In this document: positions 9,572 to 18,313 of the stretch, piece after piece | How positions within the stretch are numbered: the first letter of the stretch is position 1 | Layout: each line of letters opens with the position of its first letter | NCBI GenBank assembly: GCA_963828735.1 | Contig: CAWHFW010000005.1 | Location: 1,376,001 to 1,440,000, forward strand | Origin: an uncultured Gemmatimonadales bacterium | GTDB lineage: Bacteria; Gemmatimonadota; Gemmatimonadetes; Gemmatimonadales; GWC2-71-9 | Direction of reading: 5' to 3' | DNA: 64,000 nucleotides | Made by a program: the position numbers and the translations under genes | The notes under the pieces: model-generated | What the model saw: the letters and a program-made list of their open reading frames with translations, nothing else | Told to the model about the DNA's origin: nothing | Databases searched by the model: none

Positions 9572-9699
9572 GAAAAGTGTCGGGGGTCAGGAGCTAGTAT
9601 CGCCCCCCGGGCTCCCCCAGGCAAGGGCACGCAATTTCCGGCAGCCGACGGCAAAAATTGGGTGCCGATCGGGCGGGGGCGCGTCCCTATTCTGGCCCC

Positions 9700-10125
9700 A
9701 TGCGACGCGGCGTTACCATCCTCGAGCTTGCGCTGGTCCTGGTCATCATGGGCCTGGTCACCGGCATCGCGGTGCCCCGGTTCCAGCGGGTCGCCGACGG
9801 CCTCGCGGTTCGCCACGCAGCCCTCGAAGTCGTCTCGGCACACCGGCGCGCCAGGATGAGCGCCATCCTTCAGAATCGCCTTCTCGAGCTCGTTGTCACC
9901 GCCGACACCCTCGCCATCCGGGTTCCCGGAGCGGCGGTCGATCTGTGGCACACCCCGGGGCCGGCGTCCGAGCGGGTGACACTCACGGGCCCCACACGAG
10001 GGCCCGTCTTTTCGCCGGTGGGCCTGACGGTAGGCGTGTCCAATGGGACGTATCGCCTGACTCGAGGCACAGCCACCATCTCGGTTATCGTCTCCCGTCT
10101 CGGTCGCATTCGGCTCGGACCGTGA
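9700..10125 (+). CDS. Prepilin-type N-terminal cleavage/methylation protein (FimT/GspH-like)
   Basis: MRRG|VTILELALVLVIMG type IV prepilin motif with E5, and a C-terminal GR motif. Confidence 0.85.
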   Translation: MRRGVTILELALVLVIMGLVTGIAVPRFQRVADGLAVRHAALEVVSAHRRARMSAILQNRLLELVVTADTLAIRVPGAAVDLWHTPGPASERVTLTGPTRGPVFSPVGLTVGVSNGTYRLTRGTATISVIVSRLGRIRLGP

Positions 10126-10212
10126 GCGCGCGGCCCCTCGGCTAGCTCGAAGGATGACGGCACCTTCGATGAGGGGTCGCGCGCTCAGAACGCGGGGCCG
10201 GTGTCCCCACGG

Positions 10213-10731
10213 TCATTCCCCCCCAACACGCACGAAATCCGCGGCGGTCGCCTGGCTCTCGAAGGACACGGCTCCGGCCCTCACGTGCCCCGCAGGCATC
10301 GGTGGCTGCGCCCGCGGGCCGGCGGACTGCTCGAAGATCGCCAGCGCGAACGCTCCGGCCGCGGCCAGGCCGTACTTACGCACCTTGTGCAGCAAGGTGG
10401 AGCGGGAGATGCCGAGGAGAAGAGCGGCCTGCCGTTTGTTGCCGCGGGTGTGTCGCAGCATCAGAGCAATGTGACGTCGCTCGGCGGACTCGAGCGAGTC
10501 GGGAGCCGCCGGCTCCGCCGGGGCGAGCGCCTCGCGCAACCGTGCAAGATCCAGGTCGGCCACCCTGAGATCCAGCAGGAGCGCATCGAAGCCCGGCACT
10601 CCGATCGCGGCCGCCGCGGCTGGCGCGTCGGGCGCCGCTGCAGCGTGGTGACCCGACGCGCGCAGCATGGCGAGGACGGCGTCGCGCCGCTCGGTGTCGC
10701 GCTCGAGCACCAGCACGTGCATCGGGATCAT
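10213..10731 (-). CDS. Degenerate REC plus Fis-type HTH protein
   Basis: SLESAERRHI...GNKRQAALLLGISRSTLLHKVRKYGL. No AAA+ domain. Confidence 0.75.
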   Translation of the reverse strand: MIPMHVLVLERDTERRDAVLAMLRASGHHAAAAPDAPAAAAAIGVPGFDALLLDLRVADLDLARLREALAPAEPAAPDSLESAERRHIALMLRHTRGNKRQAALLLGISRSTLLHKVRKYGLAAAGAFALAIFEQSAGPRAQPPMPAGHVRAGAVSFESQATAADFVRVGGE

Positions 10732-10838
10732 GGACGGAAGGTACTGCAGAAAATCCACCCAAGACAGGCGGAGGAAATCTGATTTCGGCCTCATCGGCCT
10801 CCTCGGGCCAGCCCGCGGTACTCCGCGCCGAACCCGCC

Positions 10839-11834
10839 GTGCTCGCGGCCGACCTCAGGTCGCTCCCGATCGGCACGCGGGTGGATTGTCCGATGCTGGT
10901 CATGGCGGTGGAGCGTCGCGACTCCAGTCGCGGCGGATTCGTCACGCTTTTGCTCGGCAACTCTCGTGGCCGGCTGTCGACATCGCCCTTCTGGCCGGAG
11001 GATCAAAGGCGTCTTCTTGGCATCGAGCCAGGCGTGGTGGCGCTGGTGGCGGGCGAGGTGGGGGAGTTCAACGGGCGGCGCCAGCTCAAGGTCACATCGC
11101 TCGTCGCGCTCCCGCGCGGCGCGGTCGATTGGCGCTGCCTCCTGCCGTCGGTCGCGTCGGTCACACCCTACTGGCGGGCGCTGGATCGGTGGCGCCGGGC
11201 GATCGCGGGACCGCGGCTTCGGCTCACGCTCGATCTGTTCTATGAGGACGAGGGCTTCCGCGGACGCTTCGAGTCGTGTCCCGCCAGCACCGCTGGACAC
11301 CATGCCGAGCTCGGTGGCCTGCTCCGTCACACCTGCGAGGTGGCGGCCATCGGGCGTGCCATCGCCTCCACGTGCCGGGCCGATCGCGACCTCGTGCTCG
11401 CGGGCGCGTTGCTTCACGACATCGGAAAGCTCGAGGCGTACCGCTGGGAGGGCGCGTTCGAGACCACCGCCTCCGGTGCCCTGCTGGGTCACGTCACGCT
11501 GGGCATGCTGATGCTCGATGACCGCCTCCGCCGCCAGGCGTCGCCACCGTGCACGGACGACGAGCGACGTCTTCTCCAGCACCTGATCGCGTCGCACCAC
11601 GGCCGCCAGGAGTTCGGCGCCGCGGTGCCGCCGATGACGCTCGAGGCGGAGATCCTCCATTTCGCGGACAACGCCAGCGCCAAGACCACCAGCATGGCCA
11701 ACGCACTCGCGGATCCTGACAACTTCCCGGCGGGCGAGCACCTCAGCGCGCGGTCGCTCTGGGAGCTGGACAGGCGGCGGGCATATCGCGGGTGGAGTGA
11801 TTGGGGGCGCGGAGACGACGGCACGAGGGGGTAG
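10839..11834 (+). CDS. YhaM/Cbf1-like OB-fold HD-domain 3'-5' exoribonuclease
   Basis: N-terminal OB-fold, HHAELGGLLRHT, LLHDIGK, LLGHV, ASHHG, EAEILHFADNASAK. Confidence 0.85.
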   Translation: MLAADLRSLPIGTRVDCPMLVMAVERRDSSRGGFVTLLLGNSRGRLSTSPFWPEDQRRLLGIEPGVVALVAGEVGEFNGRRQLKVTSLVALPRGAVDWRCLLPSVASVTPYWRALDRWRRAIAGPRLRLTLDLFYEDEGFRGRFESCPASTAGHHAELGGLLRHTCEVAAIGRAIASTCRADRDLVLAGALLHDIGKLEAYRWEGAFETTASGALLGHVTLGMLMLDDRLRRQASPPCTDDERRLLQHLIASHHGRQEFGAAVPPMTLEAEILHFADNASAKTTSMANALADPDNFPAGEHLSARSLWELDRRRAYRGWSDWGRGDDGTRG

Positions 11835-11875
11835 AAAACGGAACGGCCGCCTAGTCGTGGCTAGACGGCCGTCCC
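11835..11875 (-). terminator. Intrinsic terminator for the minus-strand transcript (may also serve the convergent gene)
   Basis: Minus strand GGGACGGCCGUCUAG-CCACGA-CUAGGCGGCCGUUCC followed by GUUUU. Confidence 0.75.
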
Positions 11876-12263
11876 ACGTATGGACTATTCGAGGTCGGGG
11901 CATCGCTGCCACCGTTCTTCTCCTACCTGCCACCGGTTGGCTGATACGCCGCTCGGGAGGGCAAGGTAGAGCCTCGATTTCGATCCCCAGGCCGGATGGC
12001 CATCCCACCTGGTTCGTCCATTCGAGCGCTGCGAGTCAGATCGGGTCGCGGACCGACCGTTCGCACTGCACCCCGAGGCGCAAGATCGGAGTGGATGAAG
12101 CACGCGACTGGCTTCACCTGTTCGAGCCGGGGTGATCACCGGGATCAACGAGAGCCTGAGCCCTTGGTTGCGTCGGCCCCCTCCCCCGATATCCCGCTCG
12201 AACCCGCTTGGCCGGCCGTTACTGTGACTCGGGGTCTCAGCACGTGTCCTTCCTAGCGCGTGG
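11835..12263 (-). ncRNA. Candidate large structured non-coding RNA (~430 nt), class unknown
   Basis: At least nine mutually compatible nested helices, a GNRA tetraloop, G-U pairs favouring the minus strand, an upstream sigma70-like promoter, a downstream terminator, and no convincing ORF. Confidence 0.65.
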
Positions 12264-12267
12264 AACT

Positions 12268-12295
12268 AAAATAGGCACCCGCGAGGATCTCGCAA
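12268..12295 (-). promoter_or_regulatory. Sigma70-like promoter TTGCGA-N16-TATTTT embedded in an inverted repeat
   Basis: -35 at 12295-12290 and -10 at 12273-12268. Dyad TAAAATAGGCAC...GTGCCTGATTTTA spans 12267-12308. Confidence 0.5.
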
Positions 12296-12339
12296 GTGCC
12301 TGATTTTATTCGGGTTACGTCAACTCTGTCTGTGTAGGA

Positions 12340-12411
12340 TGTGGATTCGTAACCCGTGCCTGCCGCGCACCCTAGCCGCTCCATCCACACGATGTGGACA
12401 TGTGAATCCAC
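12340..12411. promoter_or_regulatory. Cluster of four DnaA-box-like 9-mers
   Basis: TGTGGATTC 12340, CCATCCACA 12380, TGTGGACAT 12392, GAATCCACA 12403. Each has 2 mismatches to TTATCCACA and keeps the TCCACA core. Confidence 0.4.
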
Positions 12412-12427
12412 ACTTTCACCCGACCCC

Positions 12428-13039
12428 TCAGGACTCGAGGCCGACCTCCACATACCGGTAGGTTGCATCGGGATCAGGCGAGCCGAACAGGCAGCCGGCG
12501 TTGCTGGCTGCGAACCAGCCCGCCACCAGCGGCCGTGGGACGTCCAGTTGGTGAATGATCTGACCGAGCCAGCGCCGCAGGTGCCGAAGCTCCGGAGCAC
12601 GGCGGCCCAGCATGGCGAGCAAAGCACCGGCGCCGGACGTGGCGCGGAGAAAGTGGGCCAGGGCGTGGGCGCGCTGGGTGAACTCCACAGCCTTCACCCC
12701 GGGCTCGTCGAAGAGAACGGCGCCCTCGTAGACGTCCATCGGCGGCGCGTCGAGACGCGGACCCAAGTAGACGTACCGCCGCCCTTGAGGACCTTTCCGC
12801 TCCACCACGGCCGCGGCGGTCTCGCTTGTGAGCCGCGCGGCATGCAGGAGATCGTCGTCGAGCAGGATCCCGACGGCACCGGTCCACTCGAGCGCGGCGA
12901 GCGCGTTCTCGACCGGGCACCCCAGTGTGTCGTCGAACGCTAGGACCCGTGGGGCTTCCCCCGCGCGGAGGACGAAGTGGGAGAGGCCTTCGGCTCGATC
13001 GGTGAAGGTGCGAACCACCAACGCTTGTGGTGAGGTCAT
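12428..13039 (-). CDS. Hypothetical protein with internal two-fold repeat
   Basis: Coding-like ORF. FTDRAEGLSHFVLRAG and FTQRAHALAHFLRAT form a duplicated motif. Confidence 0.7.
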   Translation of the reverse strand: MTSPQALVVRTFTDRAEGLSHFVLRAGEAPRVLAFDDTLGCPVENALAALEWTGAVGILLDDDLLHAARLTSETAAAVVERKGPQGRRYVYLGPRLDAPPMDVYEGAVLFDEPGVKAVEFTQRAHALAHFLRATSGAGALLAMLGRRAPELRHLRRWLGQIIHQLDVPRPLVAGWFAASNAGCLFGSPDPDATYRYVEVGLES

Positions 13040-13141
13040 GGGCATCAATCTAAGGGGATTCCGGCCGTCGCGTTACCGGAATGGCCCCGTCGGGATGCGC
13101 GGGCTACCTTTGAACAGAGCCAGCTCATCCCGGAGACGCGC

Positions 13142-13663
13142 ATGCACGTGGAGTGGACGACGTACGGTTCGCCGGTCGGCGCGCTGACCGTTGTCGAGTG
13201 CGAGGCGGGTCCGTTGGTCGTCGAATTCCCCCACCGCGCAGCCACGGTCAAGTGGGCGGTGCGCCTTCGCTCGGCCATTCCCGAGCTCCATATCGCCCAG
13301 GGCCCCTGCCGCGCCACGACGCAGTGGCTCGATGAGTATTTCGGCGGGTCGCCTCGACCATTTCCCTTTCCCGACCATTTGAAGCGCTGGTTCGAGCTGT
13401 CTCCCGCGCAGGTCGCCGTCTTCAAGACCCTGCGCAAGATTCCGCTCGGAGAAACACGGTCGTACGAGGACATCGCCCGAGCGACACGGCTGCATCCACG
13501 CCAGATTGGCTGGCTCGTCGCCGCCAACCATCTCGCCATTCTGATTCCGTGTCATCGGGTGGTGGGAAAAGACGGCGCGCTGGTCGGATACGGCGGCGGT
13601 CTGGCGCGAAAGCGCTGGCTCCTGGATCACGAGCTCAGGACGGCGGGAGTGGTGCTGCGATAA
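13142..13663 (+). CDS. ogt: Methylated-DNA--protein-cysteine methyltransferase
   Basis: IPLGETRSY, IPCHRVV active site, GYGGGLARKRWLL. Confidence 0.9.
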   Translation: MHVEWTTYGSPVGALTVVECEAGPLVVEFPHRAATVKWAVRLRSAIPELHIAQGPCRATTQWLDEYFGGSPRPFPFPDHLKRWFELSPAQVAVFKTLRKIPLGETRSYEDIARATRLHPRQIGWLVAANHLAILIPCHRVVGKDGALVGYGGGLARKRWLLDHELRTAGVVLR

Positions 13664-14056
13664 GCCATCCTGCGGAAGTCGGATGGTCACGGACCCGGCC
13701 CACGGAAGCGGCAAGGACCTCGCGGACGCCCATCCCGCGCGAGGAAGCGGCGAGGTTCCGTCCCGATCACGTTCGCTTCCTCACGGTCGCCCGATCGCCT
13801 GACGGTCCGACCGCCTGACTGCCCCGAGCCCGCCCGTCGACCCGCCCCGCCGTCCTGCGATATTGACAAATCCAAAGCCGCGCATGACCTTGGACCATGC
13901 TCCGCGAAGTCCATCCTTTGCATACTTGAGTAATCGCCGGCCGGTCGGACCCAAATGGTCCGAGCGGCTTTTTCTATTTGGGGGCTTCTTCACCCGGCCA
14001 CGAAGGCCGGGGGTTTCCCCGGAGCCTGCGGGCTCCCATTTCAAGAGGTTGCAACA

Positions 14057-14257
14057 ATGGCGAAGGGCACGGTCAAGTGGTTCAATGATGCAAAGGGATT
14101 CGGCTTCATAGCGCAGGACGGTGGTAAAGACGTGTTCGTGCACCACACCGCCATCATCGCCGAGGGATTCCGCTCGCTCTCCGAGGGCGACAACGTGGAG
14201 TTCGAGGTCGTGGAGGGCCCCAAAGGTCTCCAGGCCTCCAACGTCCGCAAGGTCTAA
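14057..14257 (+). CDS. cspA: Cold-shock protein
   Basis: [26 protein letters not shown] motifs. 66 aa, GAGG RBS. Confidence 0.97.
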   Translation: MAKGTVKWFNDAKGFGFIAQDGGKDVFVHHTAIIAEGFRSLSEGDNVEFEVVEGPKGLQASNVRKV

Positions 14258-14362
14258 CACCCCGGCGCCCCGCGCCCTTCCGCACCGACGCACGCATTCT
14301 CGCCCGAGCCCCCACCCACCGGTGGGGGCCTTCGGTTCCATGTCCCCAAGCCCAGGCGGACC

Positions 14363-14905
14363 ATGTCGCCCAGTCTCGGCTCGCTCCTGCTTCCCCTCGC
14401 GCTGTTCGGCGCTGAACCGGCTTCCGCACCGACCGTCCGGAGCGACACCGCGGCACTCGAGTTCCACGGCTTTCGCGCGGGCGCACGTCTCGACGAGCTC
14501 GCGGCGGTAGTCCATGGCTTCGACGGCAGCCGTCTCCGGTGCAGCCGCGCGAAGGCCGACCCGCACGTCACCGAGTGCCGCGCCGTGATCAAGGATCCGG
14601 AGCTCGGCGGCAGCGTGAATCTCTGGGTGTCCGCCCTCGACAGCATCGCCGCCGTCATGACCCTCTCGAGCGGTGTATCCGCCGATCAGCTCGACAGCTG
14701 GCGCCAGTCCATCGAGGCGCGCTACGGTCGCGTGGGTGCGCACGTGCAGGGGTCGCAGTGGATGATGCAGTGGGTCCGCCAGGGTCGCATGCTTCGGCTC
14801 ACGTGGCGCGTCGACCGAGGCGAGAAGGTGGCGTCCGTGAGCCTCGTGGACGGCCCCGTGCTCGACGCATGGGGCCGGGCGCGCGGCAAGTCGGCGCGCT
14901 CATAG
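14363..14905 (+). CDS. Hypothetical exported protein
   Basis: Signal-peptide-like N-terminus, paired Cys, coding-like bias. Confidence 0.65.
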   Translation: MSPSLGSLLLPLALFGAEPASAPTVRSDTAALEFHGFRAGARLDELAAVVHGFDGSRLRCSRAKADPHVTECRAVIKDPELGGSVNLWVSALDSIAAVMTLSSGVSADQLDSWRQSIEARYGRVGAHVQGSQWMMQWVRQGRMLRLTWRVDRGEKVASVSLVDGPVLDAWGRARGKSARS

Positions 14906-14932
14906 CCGGCGCGGAACCTCCGCCAAGCCTCG

Positions 14933-15214
14933 CTACCGCAGGCGCACGAGAAAGCTTCCCTCCGAGTCCTCCAGGACGTAGTCCCGCACGACCGCACCCT
15001 GATCGCGTAGGCTCCGGAGCAGGGTGCGCACGCGCGTCCGAATCGGCGCACCGCCACCGGTCCGTCCCCGCCCCGTGATCAAGCGGACCACGGCGCCTGG
15101 CCGTGCGCGCACCTGTGCCCGGAGAAAGCGCTCGGCGTTGGCCTGGGCCTCACTCACGGCCTGGCCGTGGAGGTCGAACGTGGCCTCGGGCGAACGATCA
15201 GTCCAGTCCGGCAT
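14933..15214 (-). CDS. Stand-alone Smr/MutS2 domain protein
   Basis: DLHG and LITGRG motifs, GSFLV C-terminus. Confidence 0.85.
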   Translation of the reverse strand: MPDWTDRSPEATFDLHGQAVSEAQANAERFLRAQVRARPGAVVRLITGRGRTGGGAPIRTRVRTLLRSLRDQGAVVRDYVLEDSEGSFLVRLR

Positions 15215-15381
15215 CGAGTGCCATCCGAGGTGAGTACGTTATTTGCACTTCGACCCGTCCCGCAGGGCAGGACTGGGGCTCGAATCGCCTATTCGAGGCC
15301 GCTTTTCTCGACCTCCTCTGCTGCCGCAAGTACTTCACCTTCACCTACTTACTGCTAGACCACCGTTCCCGGGAGCGGACC

Positions 15382-16548
15382 TTGGCATTGTCTGAACGTT
15401 TGAGGCTATTTGCGCCCCGACCCTGCGCTCTTCTGGTGGCCGCGGCATTGACCGCCGGGTGCCACCGCGACGGCGCGGACGTCGTTCGCATCGGTGTCGC
15501 CGGGTCGTTCAGCGATCCGATTGGCCTTCCGATGCGTCAGGCCGCGGAGCTCGCCGCCGACGAGATCAACGCGTCCGGCGGCGTCAATGGCAAGCGCCTC
15601 GAGCTGATCATCCGGGACGACTACAGCGACCCCGATTCGGCCGTTTTCGTCGCGACCGATCTCTACAATTCGAAGGTTTCCGCCGTCGTGGGGCATCTGT
15701 TTTCCGGGATGACCCTGGCGGCCGCGCCCGTCTACAACGGTGGCGATGACCCGGTCGTCGAGATCAGTCCGTCGTCGTCGTCGCCGGACGTCACCGGGGC
15801 GGGCGATTACACCTTCCGTGTATGCCCGAGCGACCTGGCCCACGGGACCGAGCTCGCCCACTGGGTGCGCGACCGGCTTCACCTCACCCGCGGTGCCGTC
15901 CTGTACCTGAACGATGAGTATGGCCGCGGCATCCGCCAGACCTTCGTCTCCGAGTTCACCCGCCTCGGGGGCGAGCTGGAGGCCGTGGATCCCTATCTCG
16001 GCGACAAGCCCGAGGTCGGTCCCTACCTCGACCGCCTGAGCCGCGGCCACGCACCGGAATTTCTGGTCGTCGCCGGGAACCGGAGCGAGGCCGAAGAGAT
16101 CCTCCGCCAGGCGCGGAAGCGGAGCCTCGGCATGCCGGTCCTCGGCGGCGACGGCCTCGAGGGCATCCAGGATGCCGGCGCGCTGGCCGAAGGAGTCTAC
16201 CTCTCGTCGCCATACTTCCCATCCATTCCCAGCGATGCCAATCATCGGTTCGTCGAGGCGTTCCGCCGCAAATACAACGCGGCGCCCAACCAGCCCGCGG
16301 CCGGCACGTACGACGCGATCTACTTGCTGCGCGAAGTAATCGCTCGGGCGGGCTCGGGCCGCGCGCAGATTCGCCGGGCCCTCGCCGGCGTCGGCTCCGT
16401 CACGCCGCCATTCGATGGGGTCACCGGGACCGTGGCGTTCGACGCGAACGGTGATGTCCCCAATCAGAACGTCTATATCGGCCTGGTGCAGCACGGCGCG
16501 GTGACGGTAGTCAACGGCGTCGAGGAGACCGTGGTGGGGGCACGATGA
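15382..16548 (+). CDS. LivK-like branched-chain amino acid binding lipoprotein
   Basis: LTAGC lipobox, [40 protein letters not shown] start inferred. Confidence 0.85.
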   Translation: MALSERLRLFAPRPCALLVAAALTAGCHRDGADVVRIGVAGSFSDPIGLPMRQAAELAADEINASGGVNGKRLELIIRDDYSDPDSAVFVATDLYNSKVSAVVGHLFSGMTLAAAPVYNGGDDPVVEISPSSSSPDVTGAGDYTFRVCPSDLAHGTELAHWVRDRLHLTRGAVLYLNDEYGRGIRQTFVSEFTRLGGELEAVDPYLGDKPEVGPYLDRLSRGHAPEFLVVAGNRSEAEEILRQARKRSLGMPVLGGDGLEGIQDAGALAEGVYLSSPYFPSIPSDANHRFVEAFRRKYNAAPNQPAAGTYDAIYLLREVIARAGSGRAQIRRALAGVGSVTPPFDGVTGTVAFDANGDVPNQNVYIGLVQHGAVTVVNGVEETVVGAR

Positions 16549-18242
16549 CCGTCCTTCGAAGCCTGCGCCACCGTGTCATCGCCGGCATGGTACTGCTGAT
16601 CGCCCTGGTCTTCGGCATCGCGCTGCTCGGGGTGAACTCGATCCGGGCGCTCGACCATTCGGTCAATCACGAGCTGTCCCTGCTGCTCGAGAGCACGGAC
16701 CTCGGGAACGGCCTGGTCTCCTCGGTGGCCTCCGAGATCCGCTCGGCGGAGCAGTACCTCGTCCGGCCCACCGAGCGGCTCCGTGCCTCGACGATCGAAG
16801 AGGGCGACTCGGCCTACGCCTTCCAGCGCCGCTACCGGGGCCTCGCGTCCCTGACCACCGCCGACCGCTACATCGTGAACAAGATCGCGTCGAATCAGGC
16901 GCAGATCGAGGTGGCGTACGGTATGGCGCATGCGCTCACCGATCTCGGCCATCTCGACGACGCGCGACGCATGGCGGATCGCGCCCGCGCGCCGGCCGAC
17001 ACGCTGCTCGGCGACGTTCGCGCGCTCGGTCTTGCGCAGACGACGCGCTCGATCGCCCGGGCCGGTGACCTCCGCCGCCAGGCGGACAGCCGCCGGAACG
17101 CGCTCTGGGGCCTGTTCTTCGCGTCATTGCTGCTGGGCTCGCTCACCTCGTTCTGGACGGTGCGCTCGGTGGACCGCCCGATGGGCCATCTCATCGGCGC
17201 GGCGGAGCGGTTCGGCGCCGGCGACCTCCGGCCCATCCATCTGGGCGGGGGCATGCCCACCGAGATCGAGCGCCTGGCGCGCGCGATGGACGACATGGGC
17301 GGACGTCTGCGAGGGGTAGTGGTCTCGGTGATGGGCGAAGCGAGCCAGATCGGCAACAGCGCGAGCGATTTCAGCGCGATGAGCGAGGAGCTGGCCGCGA
17401 GCAGCGGCGAGATCTCGACGGCCATGGTCAAGATCGCCGCGAGCGCGGAGCAGCAGGTGAGCGGGATGGAGAAGGCCGATTCCTTGCTCGGAAGCCTGCG
17501 CGAGATCGCCGAGGCGAATGCCCAGGCGTCCGCGCGCGTCGCGGAGCTGGGCGACCGCATCCAGGAGCTCGCGGCACGCCACCGCTCAGACGTGGCCGCC
17601 GCCGGGCAGACCCTACTCGACGTGCGCGAGGTGGTGCGGGCGTCGACCGAGCAGGTCCAAGAGCTGACACGCCTGTCCGAGCCGATCACGGCGTTCATCG
17701 ATCTGATCAAGCAGATCTCGTCGCAGACCAACCTGCTGGCCCTCAACGCCGCCATCGAGGCCGCGCGCGCCGGCGAGCACGGACGGGGCTTCGCGGTGGT
17801 CGCGGAGGAAGTGCGCCGGCTGGCCGACTCGAGCGCCTCCGCGGCCGAGGATGTGGCCAAGACGGTCAAACACATCCGAAACCAGGTGCAGCAGGTGGCC
17901 GGCACGATGGAGGTCGGCTCGTCCAAGGTCCAGGGGATCGAAGGCGTCGCCGTCGCGGCCGCCCGCGCGCTCGAGGAGATCTCACATGCGGTGGGCGAGG
18001 TGCACGATGCGGCCGAGGCCGTGGCACGGGAGGTGGCGGCGAACCAGGCGATCGTGGAGCAGCTCGGGCATCGGACGCGCGAGGTGAGCCAGAGCGCCGG
18101 CGAGCATGCCTCCGCGAGCGAGGAGGTCACCGCCGCGGCGGAGGAGCAGACCGCCAGCACCGAGGAGATGGCCGCCGCCGCGGGCGACCTGCTGCAGGGT
18201 GCGACGCGCCTCACCACCTTGATGCAGGAGTTCAAGACCTGA
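16545..18242 (+). CDS. Methyl-accepting chemotaxis protein
   Basis: Two TM helices, [38 protein letters not shown]. Confidence 0.95.
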   Translation: MTVLRSLRHRVIAGMVLLIALVFGIALLGVNSIRALDHSVNHELSLLLESTDLGNGLVSSVASEIRSAEQYLVRPTERLRASTIEEGDSAYAFQRRYRGLASLTTADRYIVNKIASNQAQIEVAYGMAHALTDLGHLDDARRMADRARAPADTLLGDVRALGLAQTTRSIARAGDLRRQADSRRNALWGLFFASLLLGSLTSFWTVRSVDRPMGHLIGAAERFGAGDLRPIHLGGGMPTEIERLARAMDDMGGRLRGVVVSVMGEASQIGNSASDFSAMSEELAASSGEISTAMVKIAASAEQQVSGMEKADSLLGSLREIAEANAQASARVAELGDRIQELAARHRSDVAAAGQTLLDVREVVRASTEQVQELTRLSEPITAFIDLIKQISSQTNLLALNAAIEAARAGEHGRGFAVVAEEVRRLADSSASAAEDVAKTVKHIRNQVQQVAGTMEVGSSKVQGIEGVAVAAARALEEISHAVGEVHDAAEAVAREVAANQAIVEQLGHRTREVSQSAGEHASASEEVTAAAEEQTASTEEMAAAAGDLLQGATRLTTLMQEFKT

Positions 18243-18257
18243 CCCCGCCGGCAACGA

Positions 18258-18297
18258 GCAACGCCCATCCGGCTCGCCGGGTGGGCGTTGTTGTTTT
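18258..18297 (+). terminator. Intrinsic terminator
   Basis: CAACGCCCATCCGG-CTCG-CCGGGTGGGCGTTG then TTGTTTT, between convergent genes. Confidence 0.75.
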
Positions 18298-18313
18298 CGG
18301 TGGCGCTCGGACC

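Noticed and set aside
11885..12148. 87-aa minus-strand ORF and other short ORFs in the intergenic region
   Set aside because: TTG start, no recognisable motif, and codon usage unlike neighbouring genes. RNA structure explains the region better.
11835..12263. RNase P RNA, tmRNA or self-splicing intron as the identity of the RNA
   Set aside because: No GAGGAAAGUCC/P4 partner, no tRNA-like ends with T-loop and CCA, no group II domain V. AUAGUCC resembles the group I S element, but there is no GACUA partner and no host gene.
13687..13923. 78-aa minus ORF and short GGAAGCGGC/CGCCTGAC repeats
   Set aside because: It overlaps the csp promoter region, has low complexity, and the repeats are too short to interpret.
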